A stretch of DNA of 64,000 nucleotides from an uncultured delta proteobacterium (GCA_963736855.1 CAVTQK010000009.1:320001-384000); one strand, 5' to 3'; counted from the stretch's first letter, positions 50,722-61,784 are shown. A program made the numbers and translations. Notes: generated by a model from the letters alone, not told the origin.

Positions 50722-51771
50722 TCACTTGCGCCACGAAAATAAAGCCGCCCCGGTAACAAGGCATACCACTGCGATGGATATCAACACGGTCAGCTCAAGG
50801 GCTACTTCGCTAAGACCCACACCGTCGTTCATCACTTTTCGGGCGGCTTCGACCATGTGAGTAAGGGGGAGCGCTTTGGAAGCAAGCTTGATCCATTCGG
50901 GGGCGCTGTCGATGGAAAACCAGACCTCGGATAAAAACATCATGGGCCAGGTGATAAAATTCAGAACTCCGTCTGTGAATTCTTCACTGGATCCCCTGGA
51001 AGCGAGCAGAAGCCCCAGGGCGCACATACTCAGGCCTCCCACAGCAAAAACGATGAAAAGGTCCAGGTAGGATCCTTCCACCGTAAAGGAAAAGAAGAGA
51101 TTGCATCCGATCCAGACCACGGTAAGGGTGAAGATCAACAGGAAAAGGCGGGACAGGATCTGGGCTAAGAGGTATTCCAGGGCGGTGAGGGGCGTTGCGT
51201 GCAACCGTTTCAGCACCCCGTTTTTCCGGTACCGGACCACGATGTAGCCTACGCCCCAGAGTGCGCTGAACATCATATTCATCGACAGGATTCCGGGGAA
51301 AAACCAGTCGATGTAGCGGATTTTCTTCCCCTGGATCTCTTCTTTTTGCACCAGAGTTTCAACGTCCGCCGGACTTAGGCTTCCTTTGAACACCCCCTCT
51401 ATGGCATATGCTTTCGGAGAAGAATCATCGATCCAATAGCGATGAGGTGCAAGACCGGTTTCAAGTAAAAAATCGATCCGATGGTGCCTAAGTTTTTCCA
51501 GTCCCTCCTCCAGACTGTGGATGCCGATGAATTCCGCATAGGGGATCTCCTTGAACCCTGCGGGGATCTCCACACGATCCAGGGAAACGATTCCGGACGG
51601 ATGAGGGAATATCCCGATCCGGTACTCCTTGAACCCTTTTCCGCTAAAAATAACCCCGAAACCAAGCACAATCAGGAAGGGAAAGATGAAATTCCAACCC
51701 AAGGCGCTGCGATCCCTGAAAAATTCCAGGTTCCTGGCGTAAAACACAGCCCAAAGACGCTCGAATCTCAT
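50722..51771 (-). CDS. ABC-2 type transporter permease
   Basis: TM pattern; YIDWFFPGI, GVLKRL, LPLTH. Confidence 0.9.
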   Translation of the reverse strand: MRFERLWAVFYARNLEFFRDRSALGWNFIFPFLIVLGFGVIFSGKGFKEYRIGIFPHPSGIVSLDRVEIPAGFKEIPYAEFIGIHSLEEGLEKLRHHRIDFLLETGLAPHRYWIDDSSPKAYAIEGVFKGSLSPADVETLVQKEEIQGKKIRYIDWFFPGILSMNMMFSALWGVGYIVVRYRKNGVLKRLHATPLTALEYLLAQILSRLFLLIFTLTVVWIGCNLFFSFTVEGSYLDLFIVFAVGGLSMCALGLLLASRGSSEEFTDGVLNFITWPMMFLSEVWFSIDSAPEWIKLASKALPLTHMVEAARKVMNDGVGLSEVALELTVLISIAVVCLVTGAALFSWRK

Positions 51772-52661
51772 TTTTCGTTTTTCAATTGATGGCCGGTCAG
51801 GTTCAAGAATACATCTTCCAGGTTGGGCGAGCGAATGACCATCTCATCCAACCGAGCACCATTTCGCATCAGTACCGCCAAACATGAGTTAACGTCGTCC
51901 GTATGGATAACCACCCGTTCCCGGATCTTTTGAACCGGCCAGGGGAATCCTTCTTGGATTTCCGGAAACCCCGATTGCGGCAGGGAAACAGTCGCCCCTT
52001 TGCAGTGCGCAGACACCAGGGCTTCCGGGGTTCCCCGGGCGATGATTTTTCCATGGTCCATGATGGCCACCTCATCGCAGAGGTGCTGGGCCTCTTCCAT
52101 GTAGTGAGTAGTCAGGACAAGGGTTTTTCCGAGGCGTTTCTGTCTTTCGATGATTTCCCACAGGTCTCTTCGGGCATGGGGATCCAGGCCGGTGGACGGT
52201 TCGTCCAAAAAGAGCAATTCGGGATCGTTGACAAGGGCAAGTGCGAGGAGAAGCCGCTGGCGTTGCCCGCCGGAAATCCTGTCGTTGTACCGGTCGGCGA
52301 TCTCTTCCAGACGGCATTCCCGGATTAACCCCTTCAGGTCACGGCTCTTACGGTATAGCCTCTTAAAGGTCCGAAGGGTCTCTCTGACGGTGAGAAAGGA
52401 AAGCAAAGCGGTCTGCTGAAACTGGATTCCCACCTCCTCGCGAAAGGAAGCCGGACGGGATTGCCCCTTGTATAGAATCTCCCCCGCGCTCTGCGGGAGG
52501 ATCCCCTCGATGATTTCCAGGAGGGTGGTTTTTCCGGCACCATTGGGGCCCAACAACCCGAAACAGGTCCCCTCGTCGACGGCAACACTGACCCCATCCA
52601 CCGCGGCGATTTCTCCGTAGTGTTTCGTAATGTCGATGATCTCCAGAAGCGGCTGCACCAT
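51768..52661 (-). CDS. ABC transporter ATP-binding protein
   Basis: GPNGAGKT, ISGGQRQR, LFLDEP, TTHYMEEA. Confidence 0.95.
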   Translation of the reverse strand: MVQPLLEIIDITKHYGEIAAVDGVSVAVDEGTCFGLLGPNGAGKTTLLEIIEGILPQSAGEILYKGQSRPASFREEVGIQFQQTALLSFLTVRETLRTFKRLYRKSRDLKGLIRECRLEEIADRYNDRISGGQRQRLLLALALVNDPELLFLDEPSTGLDPHARRDLWEIIERQKRLGKTLVLTTHYMEEAQHLCDEVAIMDHGKIIARGTPEALVSAHCKGATVSLPQSGFPEIQEGFPWPVQKIRERVVIHTDDVNSCLAVLMRNGARLDEMVIRSPNLEDVFLNLTGHQLKNEK

Positions 52662-52687
52662 TCAGCTCATCGATAGGGGTTTTCACG

Positions 52688-52722
52688 CAAGAAGGCCGCC
52701 CAGAACCTGTGCCGGACGGCCT
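52688..52722 (-). terminator. probable terminator after prxU
   Basis: Minus-strand AGGCCGTCCGG...CTGGGCGGCCT hairpin followed by TCTT. Confidence 0.5.
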
Positions 52723-52757
52723 ATCCGTTTCTTTTACTTCCCGGGGATATCTCCTCT

Positions 52758-53477
52758 TTAATCGAATGCCATCTCCGTTTTCCAGACTTCCCAGACCTTG
52801 CCGACCAGATCCGGACCCGGCTTGAGGGTCAATTTGCCGGGTTTCCAGCCTGAGGGTGTAGCTTCTTTTCCTTTGGAGTCTCTGACAAGCTGGAATGCCT
52901 GGACTTGCCGCATGGTCTCCTGGATGTTCCGGCCCACCGGCGGAGTCAACACCTCGTATCCTTGCACGACACCTTCGGGATCGATAATGAACCTGCCGCG
53001 GGTTTCGACACCGGCATCCTCGTCGAACACGCCGAAGACCTTTCCGACCTTTCCGCCGGCGTCTGAAAGCATCGGGAAGGGAACCCCGCCTTTCACCATT
53101 TTGGACAGCTCGTTGTCATTCCACATTTTATGAACGAAGATACTATCGATGCTCATGGAAAGGACTTCAACACCCAGCTTTTGATAATCCGCATATTTTT
53201 CGGCAACTGCCGAAATTTCGGTGGCTCAGACAAAGGTAAAATCGCCCGGATAAAAACAGAGCAATACCCATTTCCCTAAATATTCCGATAGCTTGACAGA
53301 AACAAACCCGCCCTTGTAGTAAGCGGGCGCTGCAAAATCCGGGGCTTTTTTTCCAACTTGAATCATAGCGGAGACCTCCTTTATCGATGCGATTGGCTTT
53401 TCTTTCTCTTTTTCAACGCCTTCTCCCACCAGTCCGCCGGTGGGCCGCGCACATCCGATCTTCATCTCTTCCGGCAT
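52758..53477 (-). CDS. prxU: selenocysteine-containing peroxiredoxin (Sec at TGA 53226-53228)
   Basis: [16 protein letters not shown] joins ORFs 53226..53483 and 52758..53156 in frame at the peroxidatic Cys position; hairpin TTTCGGC-AGTT-GCCGAAA (53198-53215). Confidence 0.93.
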
Positions 53478-53509
53478 AAGCACCTCCTGTTCTGAATTTT
53501 AACCCGAGA

Positions 53510-54049
53510 CTATTTTCCCGCTTGACCAACGGCAAACCCGCTGGGCACCAGACCGGTTGAGGAGGGCGTTCCGGCGATTTTCGCCAGGAAGGTTTCCCCG
53601 AGCTTCTTGATATGGTTGTCGATATTGTCGAAATAGGTGAAATGGATCTGCTCTTCAGCAATGATGTCTTCGAAAAGCTTCATGCTGATGCTGTCGCCGC
53701 TGTCCCGACAGGTGAGGAGAAACTGATTATAGACATCGATGGTATCATCTTCGAGGGTGGCGTCGAACGGGAAGATCACTTCCACCTTCTGTCCTTTTTC
53801 AATCTTGCCGTCATGTCCGGTCACCGGCTCGCCGCCCAGTTCCTTGATGCGCTCGGCAAACATCTCCGCGTGTCTCATTTCATCGATGGCGATGAGCTTC
53901 ATTTTGGCTGCCAGCTCTCCGTAATCCATATTGTCCAGATTGTAGTGCTGATTCATGTACTGATAAATCGCCTTCAATTCCATGGCGCGCGCCTGGTTCA
54001 ACACTTCAATGACCTTTTCCTTTTTTTTCCCCCTTTGCGTGTTTCCCAT
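53510..54049 (-). CDS. bfr: bacterioferritin
   Basis: ELKAIYQYM, DEMRHAE, LEDD and EEQIH ferroxidase ligands. Confidence 0.92.
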   Translation of the reverse strand: MGNTQRGKKKEKVIEVLNQARAMELKAIYQYMNQHYNLDNMDYGELAAKMKLIAIDEMRHAEMFAERIKELGGEPVTGHDGKIEKGQKVEVIFPFDATLEDDTIDVYNQFLLTCRDSGDSISMKLFEDIIAEEQIHFTYFDNIDNHIKKLGETFLAKIAGTPSSTGLVPSGFAVGQAGK

Positions 54050-54175
54050 TGTCTTTCTCCTTTGATCGATTGGCGTTTTGTAAATGGATCGAAATACTAC
54101 CTTAAAAGCTTTCCCTGAACAATACCTTTCGCCTCGCTAAAAGGCCTCTACCGTCATGTCTGAAGGTGGAGACCT

Positions 54176-54853
54176 TCAGCCCATCCCAGCATTCAAGGGA
54201 TGGTCGACGATATTAGATTTTTTTCTTTGCTTTGGCAAGCCGGGCCAAGGCCGCGCGGACCGGCGGTGAGCGCGTTTTGATTGTCCGAAAAAATCTAAAC
54301 GATGGGTCAGGATCTGAAAACCGGTTTCCTCAGCCACCAGTTGCGTCAGGTCTTCAAGGTCGTCCAGTGCCGGATCGACGATGGTTCCGCACTTGATGCA
54401 GATCACATGAGGATGCGGATAGGGCCTGTTTCCGTCGTATCGGTTGCTACCGTCCGGAAAACCGAGTTCCAGGACTTCTCCAAAGGATTTTAAAAGAAGG
54501 ATATTGCGATAGACCGTAGCGAGGCTCATGGTGGGAAAAGTCATTTTGAGCTGTTCAAAGATCTCCTCCACGCTCGGGTGTCCCTTGCTGAGAGCCAGTA
54601 TTTTCGCTATGGCCAGGCGCTGAGACGTCAGCTTCAAACTTGATGACTTCGTAAAAAGCCCATCTGCTGCGTTGCACTGCATCCTTCGTCATTGCGGCGT
54701 ACCCATATGTACGCCTCATTCCTCAGGATTTGCGCGCCTTGCATCTGAAGCTTTTTACTTTGCCATCCTAATTTTGAGTTTTTACGATTTCATCAAAATT
54801 CCCTTGCGAAACTTTTCGACGATTATCGCATATCGCTCTTCTGGATTAGCCAT
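54176..54853 (-). pseudogene. PerR/Fur-family regulator interrupted by a MITE and lacking the C-terminal CxxC
   Basis: MANPEERYAIIVEKFRKG | 153-bp element with in-frame TAA | LKLTSQRLAI..HPSVEEI..SLATVYRN..HPHVICIKC..LDFFG, then unrelated sequence. Confidence 0.82.
54642..54794. mobile_element. 153-bp MITE with terminal inverted repeats and an imperfect 6-bp target duplication
   Basis: Ends GATGACTTCGTAAAAA / TTTTTACGATTTCATC; flanks AAACTT / AAAATT; removing it restores the perR-like frame. Confidence 0.82.
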
Positions 54854-54893
54854 TTCGATGCTAGAAAAAATAAATAGTTATTATTCTTAAAAG

Positions 54894-54933
54894 ATAATAA
54901 TTATTATTTATTATTGAATTCAAATCAAGTCAA
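54894..54933 (-). promoter_or_regulatory. promoter with Per/Fur-box-like palindrome
   Basis: Perfect palindrome ATAATAATTATTAT (54894-54907); TTGACT on the minus strand near 54928-54933. Confidence 0.6.
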
Positions 54934-54991
54934 GCGGTTTTTTAGGGTGCTTGCGGATCCGTTCGAGGCGTTTTACCGGAACAAAGCTTCC

Positions 54992-56108
54992 TTAAGGGTT
55001 TATCGGCCCGGAATCCGGACGCGGTACCGGGAGGGTTGAGGCAGGCATTTCGATCCCATTATCATCGGCCTGGCGCTGATACAAGATGGATGACACCGGA
55101 ACCAGCGTCACTCCTTCTGCAATTTGAGGAAGTCGGGCCTGAAGCACCCGGTAGGTCGCCTCATTGGGATGGGCGATCCCGATGGCCGTGCCCTTTCGCC
55201 GGGCGTATTCCAAGAGTCGATCGATCTGTTTTTCCACAAACGCTGTCTTCGGGATGTGATCCAAGAAATACATCGCGCTGGGCAAAATCAAGATTTACGG
55301 TCCGGGCGATATCCCCGGCCACGCTCCGGGGAGTGGTGAGGCTGTCTACAAAGAACATCCCTCTTTCCTTGAGTATGGAGAAAAGAATCGTCATTCGATC
55401 CCGATCCGAAGTGATCCGGGACCCCATGTGGTTGTTAACCCCCTTGATGGAAGGAACTGCCTCGAGATCGTCGAAGAGCTGTTTCACAAACGCTTCCGGA
55501 GTCATGTCCATGAGTAGCGCCCCCGGACCCGGGTCTACCTTTGGATACTCTCTGGGCTCCATAGGAAGATGGAGAATGATTTCGTTTCCAGCGAGAGACG
55601 CCGAACGGGTGATCTCTTTTTGAAAGGGGCTGTGCGGTAGAACGGAAAGGGTGAGCGCAACGCCCAGATCGATGAATGCCTGGGCCTGTTGTCGATCATA
55701 ACCCAGGTCGTCGATAATGATGGCGACTTTTGGAATCCGGTCCGGGGTGTGGACTTCCGGAAAAGGAACATCATCCTTTTCCAGCGCCGTGTCTTCGGGA
55801 AAGATTTCGAATGGGGGAATGGCATCCGATGGCAATCGATCCCCGTTTTTCAGGGTTTCTCCAGGATGCGTCTTAAACGACACATGTTGCCGTTCCATTC
55901 CAAGCAAAAACAGCACGGACAGCGCCACCAACAGGAGGAGAACGGTCCAGGTCCCGATAAACAGAAGGATGGCCGTGCGTCGGGATTTGAAGCGCTTCAA
56001 TCCGCCCGAAAGTCTATCGTCCTTTCCGGCAATCGTGGCCACCTCACGGGAGCCTTTTTTCCTATCCCCGGATTTTCTTGAAGATCTCGAAACTGATGAG
56101 GGTTTCAA
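54992..56108 (-). CDS. divergent polysaccharide deacetylase (YibQ-like); +1 frameshift near 55265
   Basis: AIIIDDLG, LHLPMEP, GVNNHMGS, FVDSLT, RDVFL|DH...AIGIAHP. Confidence 0.85.
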
Positions 56109-57429
56109 GCGCCCGCCGGATCTGATAATCCTTTTTGAGCGCTTCGACGTCCAGGGACCCGAAGCGCGACCGGTTTTCTTTCATCTTTTCCTTATCCTGC
56201 ATGGAATCCTCCTTTGAATCCCGGCCTTCTTCTTTCTCATCCGGCGCAGCCTCGAGATGGTTTTTCAGATCTTTTTCCCTTAATAGTCCGGATCCCGGCC
56301 CCTCTTTTTTCTTTTCCTGGATAGCGATGGGCTTGACCTCAATATCCGGGACAATACCCTGGGCCTGAATGGATCTGCCGCTGGGTGTGTAATAAAGGGC
56401 AATGGTGTATTTAAGGCCATAGCCGTCCCTGAGCGCTTCCACCGTCTGGACCGAACCCTTCCCGAAAGACGTCGTTCCCATGATCACCGCCTTTTTCTGG
56501 TCCTGGAGGGCACCGGCCACGATCTCGGAGGCACTGGCACTCCCTTCGTTGATCAAAACCACAATGGGATATTTTCGTGCTTCCGCGTCGCGATGGGCGT
56601 TGTAAACCTTGTTATGTTTTGCACCCCGGCCTTTGATGGAAACAATGACGCCTTCTTCAACAAACAGGTCGGTCACATCAATGGCCTGGTTCAACAGTCC
56701 CCCGGGATTATCCCGAAGATCGAGTACAAGTCCCTTGAATCCCCCTTTATCGGACTCCAATTCCTTTAGGGCAGCAATGAGGTCTCTGGTGGTATTTTCG
56801 TTGAAATTGGTAATCCGGATATAACCATATCCGGGAGACAAGATTTTGTGTTTGATACTTTCAATGGGAATGATATCCCTGACCAGAGTATATTCTTTGG
56901 GCTCGGCTTGTCCTTCCCTGAAAATGGTGATTCGGACGGTGGTTTTCTTGGGACCCCGCATCTTCTTGACCGCTTCCCAAAGCGCCATACCCTTGGTGGA
57001 ATCGTCGTTGATTTTAATGATCTGGTCCCCGGCTTTTATTCCTGCCTTATGGGCCGGCGTCCCTTCAATGGGCGAGATGACGGTGAGAACCCCTTTTTCA
57101 AGGCTGATCACGATACCGACCCCTCCGAATTCACCTCGGGTGTCGACCTGAAGCTCGTTGAACGCTTCAGGGGGAAGAAAGGCTGAATGCGGATCCAGAC
57201 TGTTCACCATGCCTTGAATGGCCTTGTTGATCAAATCCTTTGAATCGACCGGATCCACGTAATTTTTCTCGATCAGCTCGATGACGTCGGAAAAAATCTT
57301 GAGACCCTTGTAGGTTTCTTCATTCCCTGTCGAGGGATTGCGTGCCATCGATGGCGCGATTGCCCAGCATACCGCAACGATCCCGACAATCAGGCACCAT
57401 TTCCACGGATTCATTTTTTTAAGAGTCAT
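56062..57429 (-). CDS. ctpA: S41 carboxyl-terminal processing protease
   Basis: LDPHS, PDZ domain, DLRDNPGG, SASASEIVAGALQD, FGKGSVQ. Confidence 0.95.
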   Translation of the reverse strand: MTLKKMNPWKWCLIVGIVAVCWAIAPSMARNPSTGNEETYKGLKIFSDVIELIEKNYVDPVDSKDLINKAIQGMVNSLDPHSAFLPPEAFNELQVDTRGEFGGVGIVISLEKGVLTVISPIEGTPAHKAGIKAGDQIIKINDDSTKGMALWEAVKKMRGPKKTTVRITIFREGQAEPKEYTLVRDIIPIESIKHKILSPGYGYIRITNFNENTTRDLIAALKELESDKGGFKGLVLDLRDNPGGLLNQAIDVTDLFVEEGVIVSIKGRGAKHNKVYNAHRDAEARKYPIVVLINEGSASASEIVAGALQDQKKAVIMGTTSFGKGSVQTVEALRDGYGLKYTIALYYTPSGRSIQAQGIVPDIEVKPIAIQEKKKEGPGSGLLREKDLKNHLEAAPDEKEEGRDSKEDSMQDKEKMKENRSRFGSLDVEALKKDYQIRRALETLISFEIFKKIRG

Positions 57430-57441
57430 GGAATTCTCCTT

Positions 57442-58878
57442 TTAATTCATTTTCAGCCAGGTCAAAGGATCAACGGGTTTTTCATGCTGGCGAATTTCAA
57501 AATACAGGTTCGCCCTCTCACGGGAACCGGGGACTCCAACAGTGGCAATGACTTCCCCGGTTTCAACCCTTTCCTCCTTTTGCTTGAATAATTCCAAAGC
57601 ATGGGCGTACACCGTGAAAAAACCATCCCCATGTTCGATGATGATCAGGTTCCCATAGCCCCTGAACCAGTCTGAAAAAATGACCTTTCCATTGAAGACC
57701 GCTTTTACGGGAAATCCCCTTCCTGCTTCGATTTCGATCCCATTACGCTGAGCGTCCATCTGGAGATGGGGAATCTTGTAAACCCCGAATCGTCCGATTA
57801 TCTTACCTTCAACAGGCATTTCAAGCAACCCTTTCATGGCAGAAAAAGAGCCGGTTTCCGATATTGCCGGTTCGATACTTGTTGCTCGGCGCCGAAGGGC
57901 CTTCAGGGTGTCTTCCAGCCGGTCGGCGGAACACTTAAGATCTTGAACGGCAGCCAGTTGAAGGGTCTTTTGACTCCGGATTTCTTCCAGCAGGCTCGCC
58001 CGTTTGGCTTTTTCCGCGGCCATGGTTTGCATTTGAAGTCGGTGCGTCTGTTCCAGGGTTTGTTTCTCCTGTCTGTTTTTCTTTAAATCATTGAGTGTCA
58101 GGTTCAGCATCCGGCTCTTTTCGGAAAGAATGGAAAGGATGGTCTCGTCTTGTGCCAGAATCCGCCTGAACCCCTCTTCCATGTAGAGATATTCATGAAC
58201 GGATCGGGCTGAAATCAGGTAATGAAAGCTTCCTACCTGGCTCAGTTTGTAAAGGGCCGTAAGCCTTTTTAAGGCATGATCCCGGATCCCTTCCACCTGT
58301 TGGGTTAATTTTAATGAATGCTTTTCAAGAGCATCAATCTTTTTTTGAAGCCCGTCCATCTGAGACTGGATGCGGATCCGCTGCTGATCCATGCGATTCA
58401 AGGCATGCTCGGTTTCGTTGAGGGTGTCCATTACCTCGGATTCTCTGCCTGAGAGATTGCGCACCTTCCCCTGGACCATTTCGATTTCATGCTCGATGTG
58501 GGAAGCCCTCTCTTCCAGCAGCCGAATACAGGCCTTGTCTGGATCTGTTTTGAGATCCCCCGAAAGGATTTTCATATATTCAGGCAAATAGCGCACATAC
58601 CCCGTTGTTTGACCATGAAGCACTCGAAGCCAACCCTTTTTCTTACCCAATATCATCACACAGGTACCGGATTCCAGGATACCGACGGAAGAATGCATAA
58701 TACCAGGGCCACCCCTCAAGATCAGCCGACTCGCCAGGACGATTCCCACCGGTGTCGCCTTCTCCGCTCCGAGGGATGCATACACGGTGCCGAGAACCAC
58801 CAAGGTGCATGCGATCAGCGCTTTAGAAATCCTTTGAGTGAAAGGTAGCATCCGATCCATCCCACCAGCATAGTACAC
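57442..58878 (-). CDS. envC: murein hydrolase activator EnvC-like (SH3 + coiled coil + degenerate M23); start uncertain
   Basis: Coiled coil, GYGNLIIIEHG..TVYAH, LYFEIR; follows ftsX. Confidence 0.85.
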   Translation of the reverse strand: MYYAGGMDRMLPFTQRISKALIACTLVVLGTVYASLGAEKATPVGIVLASRLILRGGPGIMHSSVGILESGTCVMILGKKKGWLRVLHGQTTGYVRYLPEYMKILSGDLKTDPDKACIRLLEERASHIEHEIEMVQGKVRNLSGRESEVMDTLNETEHALNRMDQQRIRIQSQMDGLQKKIDALEKHSLKLTQQVEGIRDHALKRLTALYKLSQVGSFHYLISARSVHEYLYMEEGFRRILAQDETILSILSEKSRMLNLTLNDLKKNRQEKQTLEQTHRLQMQTMAAEKAKRASLLEEIRSQKTLQLAAVQDLKCSADRLEDTLKALRRRATSIEPAISETGSFSAMKGLLEMPVEGKIIGRFGVYKIPHLQMDAQRNGIEIEAGRGFPVKAVFNGKVIFSDWFRGYGNLIIIEHGDGFFTVYAHALELFKQKEERVETGEVIATVGVPGSRERANLYFEIRQHEKPVDPLTWLKMN

Positions 58879-59693
58879 GCCATGATCGAAAGTATCATTA
58901 TCGGGGAAAAATACCGGATGCCTTTAAAACCGATCGGAAGGTGTTCCCCGATGCGAATGGAGGCGACTCTGAATAATCCGTAAAGGATGGCAAGACCCAA
59001 AGCGCCGCCGAGAAAACCCTGAATCAACCCCTGAATATAAAACGGCAATTTAATAAAGTGATCCGATGCACCGATGAGACGCATGATCTCGATTTCCTGT
59101 TGCCGGGAATAAAGCATCAGCCGGATGGTGTTAGCCACGATGAAGATGGCGGCCATGATAAAAAGCCCCCCCATGGCCATCCCTGCGACACGAAAAAGAT
59201 TCATCAATCCTGTGAATCGATCCAACCAGATCTTCCCGTAGGTCACCTCTTCGACCGATTCCATCTTTTGTATTGCTGAAAGGATCTCATCGATCCGAAC
59301 CGGTTCCAGAAAGGCGGCATCCAGACTGACTTCAAAGGTATCGGGAAGCGGGTTTTTATCCAAATCCGCCAGGATGGCCTCAAGGATCTTCATCCGCTCC
59401 TTCATTCGGACCAGTCCTTCTTCTTTGGAAATAAATGCGATTCCTGAAATACCTTTTATCCGTCGGATTTGATCTTCCAGGGTCCGCCGGTTTTCATCAG
59501 ACACGCCAGCCTTGAGATAAACCAAAACCCGAATGCCGTGTCGCCATTTATCCATGAGTTCGTTTAAATTGACCGCAAAAAGACCAAAGGCACTCACCAT
59601 CATCACGGCCAGGGCTATCGTGATGATGGTGATGGTGTTTAGGAATTTCTTGGCCGAAATGTCCTTCTGGGCTCTTTGCCAAAAACGATACAT
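58815..59693 (-). CDS. ftsX: cell division permease FtsX
   Basis: NPLP, NTIRL..RQQEIEIMRLIGA..FI..PF. Confidence 0.92.
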   Translation of the reverse strand: MYRFWQRAQKDISAKKFLNTITIITIALAVMMVSAFGLFAVNLNELMDKWRHGIRVLVYLKAGVSDENRRTLEDQIRRIKGISGIAFISKEEGLVRMKERMKILEAILADLDKNPLPDTFEVSLDAAFLEPVRIDEILSAIQKMESVEEVTYGKIWLDRFTGLMNLFRVAGMAMGGLFIMAAIFIVANTIRLMLYSRQQEIEIMRLIGASDHFIKLPFYIQGLIQGFLGGALGLAILYGLFRVASIRIGEHLPIGFKGIRYFSPIMILSIMACTMLVGWIGCYLSLKGFLKR

Positions 59694-59721
59694 CTTATTT
59701 ATGGTCAGATCACCCGCCCCG

Positions 59722-60405
59722 TCACGGGTTGGCGTCCAGCCGTCCCTGATCCAGGTGGATCACCCGGCTGCCGGCGTTTCGGATCAGTTCTTGGTCGTGC
59801 GTGGCAATGACAAGAGTGGCGCCTTTCTGGTGATATCGGTTCAACAGTGCCAGGATCACACTTGCGGAATCCGGGTCCAGGCTTCCGGTGGGCTCATCGG
59901 CCAGGATAATTTTAGGGTCTCCCACAACAGCTCGTGCCACAGCCACCCGCTGCTGCTCCCCTCCCGACAGGCTTGCCGGAAGCGCATTCGCCTTTTCCTC
60001 CATCCCCGCAAACCTCAAGACGCTCCTGACCCTTTTTTCAATGAACCGACGATGATGTCCCGCCACTTCCAGAACCAGGGCTACGTTTTCAAAAGCCGTC
60101 TTGTCCGGAATCAGTTTGTAATCCTGGAAAATAATCCCCAGCTTGCGCCGAAGCTCGGGGATCCATTTTCGTGAAATTCGCGATAAATTCATGCCGTCAA
60201 CCAGCACTTGTCCTTCCGTCGCCGACTCTCCCAGGTAGATCAGCTTTAAAAGGGTGGTTTTTCCGGCGCCGCTGGCGCCGCTGATAAGGACAAATTCATT
60301 CTCTTGAATTTCAAGGGAGATATCGGTTAAGGCCTTCTTGGGACCGTAAAACTTATGGACATGGTACATGCGGATGATCGGAGGCTTTTCTTCTCCGTCG
60401 GTCAT
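59722..60405 (-). CDS. ftsE: cell division ATP-binding protein FtsE
   Basis: [30 protein letters not shown]. Confidence 0.92.
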   Translation of the reverse strand: MTDGEEKPPIIRMYHVHKFYGPKKALTDISLEIQENEFVLISGASGAGKTTLLKLIYLGESATEGQVLVDGMNLSRISRKWIPELRRKLGIIFQDYKLIPDKTAFENVALVLEVAGHHRRFIEKRVRSVLRFAGMEEKANALPASLSGGEQQRVAVARAVVGDPKIILADEPTGSLDPDSASVILALLNRYHQKGATLVIATHDQELIRNAGSRVIHLDQGRLDANP

Positions 60406-61784
60406 TCCAGGGTTTCCTGGCCCATTGCCCGATGCAAAGATGCCTTGGCGATCTTGAAGAAGTAAAGTGCCCCGAAGTAGTTGGTCATCGCCCTGGAAAG
60501 GAGTGTCTGGGCATCAAAGACTTCCAGTGAAGTGGCCATCTGGGCCTTGTAGCGCTCCTGGGTGATCCTAAAATTCTCTTTGGCCTGTTCAATGGCTTTT
60601 TGAGCGGTGACGATGGCCTTTTCGGACTCGACGGTATTGAGGTAGGCATCCGTCACCTCCAGACGGATCTGGTCCAAAACCGCCGCCTTTCGGTGCCGAG
60701 CCTGCTGGAGACGACTCAACCTCTCTTTGACACCGTAATGTGTGCGGCCCCACTGCCACAAATCCCATGACGCCACCGCCTTCACATTCCAGCCGCTGGA
60801 GTCGCTGTAAAGGCCCGCGCCGCCGGTGGCATCCCAATCCGTTCCCTCCTGATAATAGGTCCAGTTCAAATACACCGATGGGTAATAATCTTTTTTCGCG
60901 ATCTCCATGTCCTTTTCGGCGAGATCCGCCTCCAGGCCCGCGCGCGTGATCTCGACCCTGGAATCTTCCGCAGTTTTTAAACATTCATTCAGACCTGCGC
61001 TGAAGGACGTGTAGTCCGGGATATCTTCGATGTTCACCGGTTCGGTGACGGGGCGCCGCAAGAGGGTGTTGAGGTTGGCTTTAGCCACATCGACGCTGTT
61101 GGTGGCTGCGATGAATTCCTGCCTATCATTGGCGAGCTCCACCTGGGCCTTCAGGAGATCGTTGAGGGGCGTCATCCCCACTTCATAAAACTGCCGGGCC
61201 ACCTCTTCCTGGTTTTGGCCGAGGGCCACCGCCTCCCGGGCCACTTCCATCAGCTTTTGGGACCGAAGCAGGGTGAAATAAGCCTTCTTGGCCGCCAGGA
61301 TGACATCTTGACGGGTCAGGGTTTCGACAGCCTGGGCAACCTCTAGGCCCATTTTTGAAGCCTCATACCGCCTAAGAATCGAGAAGCCGCTAAACAGAGG
61401 CTGGCTGACGGAAGCGGCAAATGTGTATTTATTTTCAGGCGTAATGATACCAAACCCCGGGATGCTGAACTCCTCATCATTTCCCTGATACTGGTAGGAA
61501 AGATTCGCCGCAGGAAGGAAATAGGATCGAGCGACCCGCCTGGAATATTCAGCAGCTTGAATTTCCTCTTGGGCTGTCTTTAGGTTCAAATTGACATCGA
61601 TGGCCAGTCGGATGGTCTGCTGGAGCGTCAGGATTTGATTTTTTCCTTCCGAGGCAACACTCATTCCCTGAAAGATCCAAATCTCTGCAAACAAGTATAA
61701 CAGGAGAACAAGGGTCTTCATCAAAGGGCTCCGGTTTGACGCCGAAGACCGTTTTTTCATTTTTTTATCCTGTGTCTTTTTCAT
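60402..61784 (-). CDS. TolC-family outer membrane protein
   Basis: Two OEP repeats (QPLFSG, AYFTLL, YYPSV, ERYKAQ). Confidence 0.88.
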   Translation of the reverse strand: MKKTQDKKMKKRSSASNRSPLMKTLVLLLYLFAEIWIFQGMSVASEGKNQILTLQQTIRLAIDVNLNLKTAQEEIQAAEYSRRVARSYFLPAANLSYQYQGNDEEFSIPGFGIITPENKYTFAASVSQPLFSGFSILRRYEASKMGLEVAQAVETLTRQDVILAAKKAYFTLLRSQKLMEVAREAVALGQNQEEVARQFYEVGMTPLNDLLKAQVELANDRQEFIAATNSVDVAKANLNTLLRRPVTEPVNIEDIPDYTSFSAGLNECLKTAEDSRVEITRAGLEADLAEKDMEIAKKDYYPSVYLNWTYYQEGTDWDATGGAGLYSDSSGWNVKAVASWDLWQWGRTHYGVKERLSRLQQARHRKAAVLDQIRLEVTDAYLNTVESEKAIVTAQKAIEQAKENFRITQERYKAQMATSLEVFDAQTLLSRAMTNYFGALYFFKIAKASLHRAMGQETLE

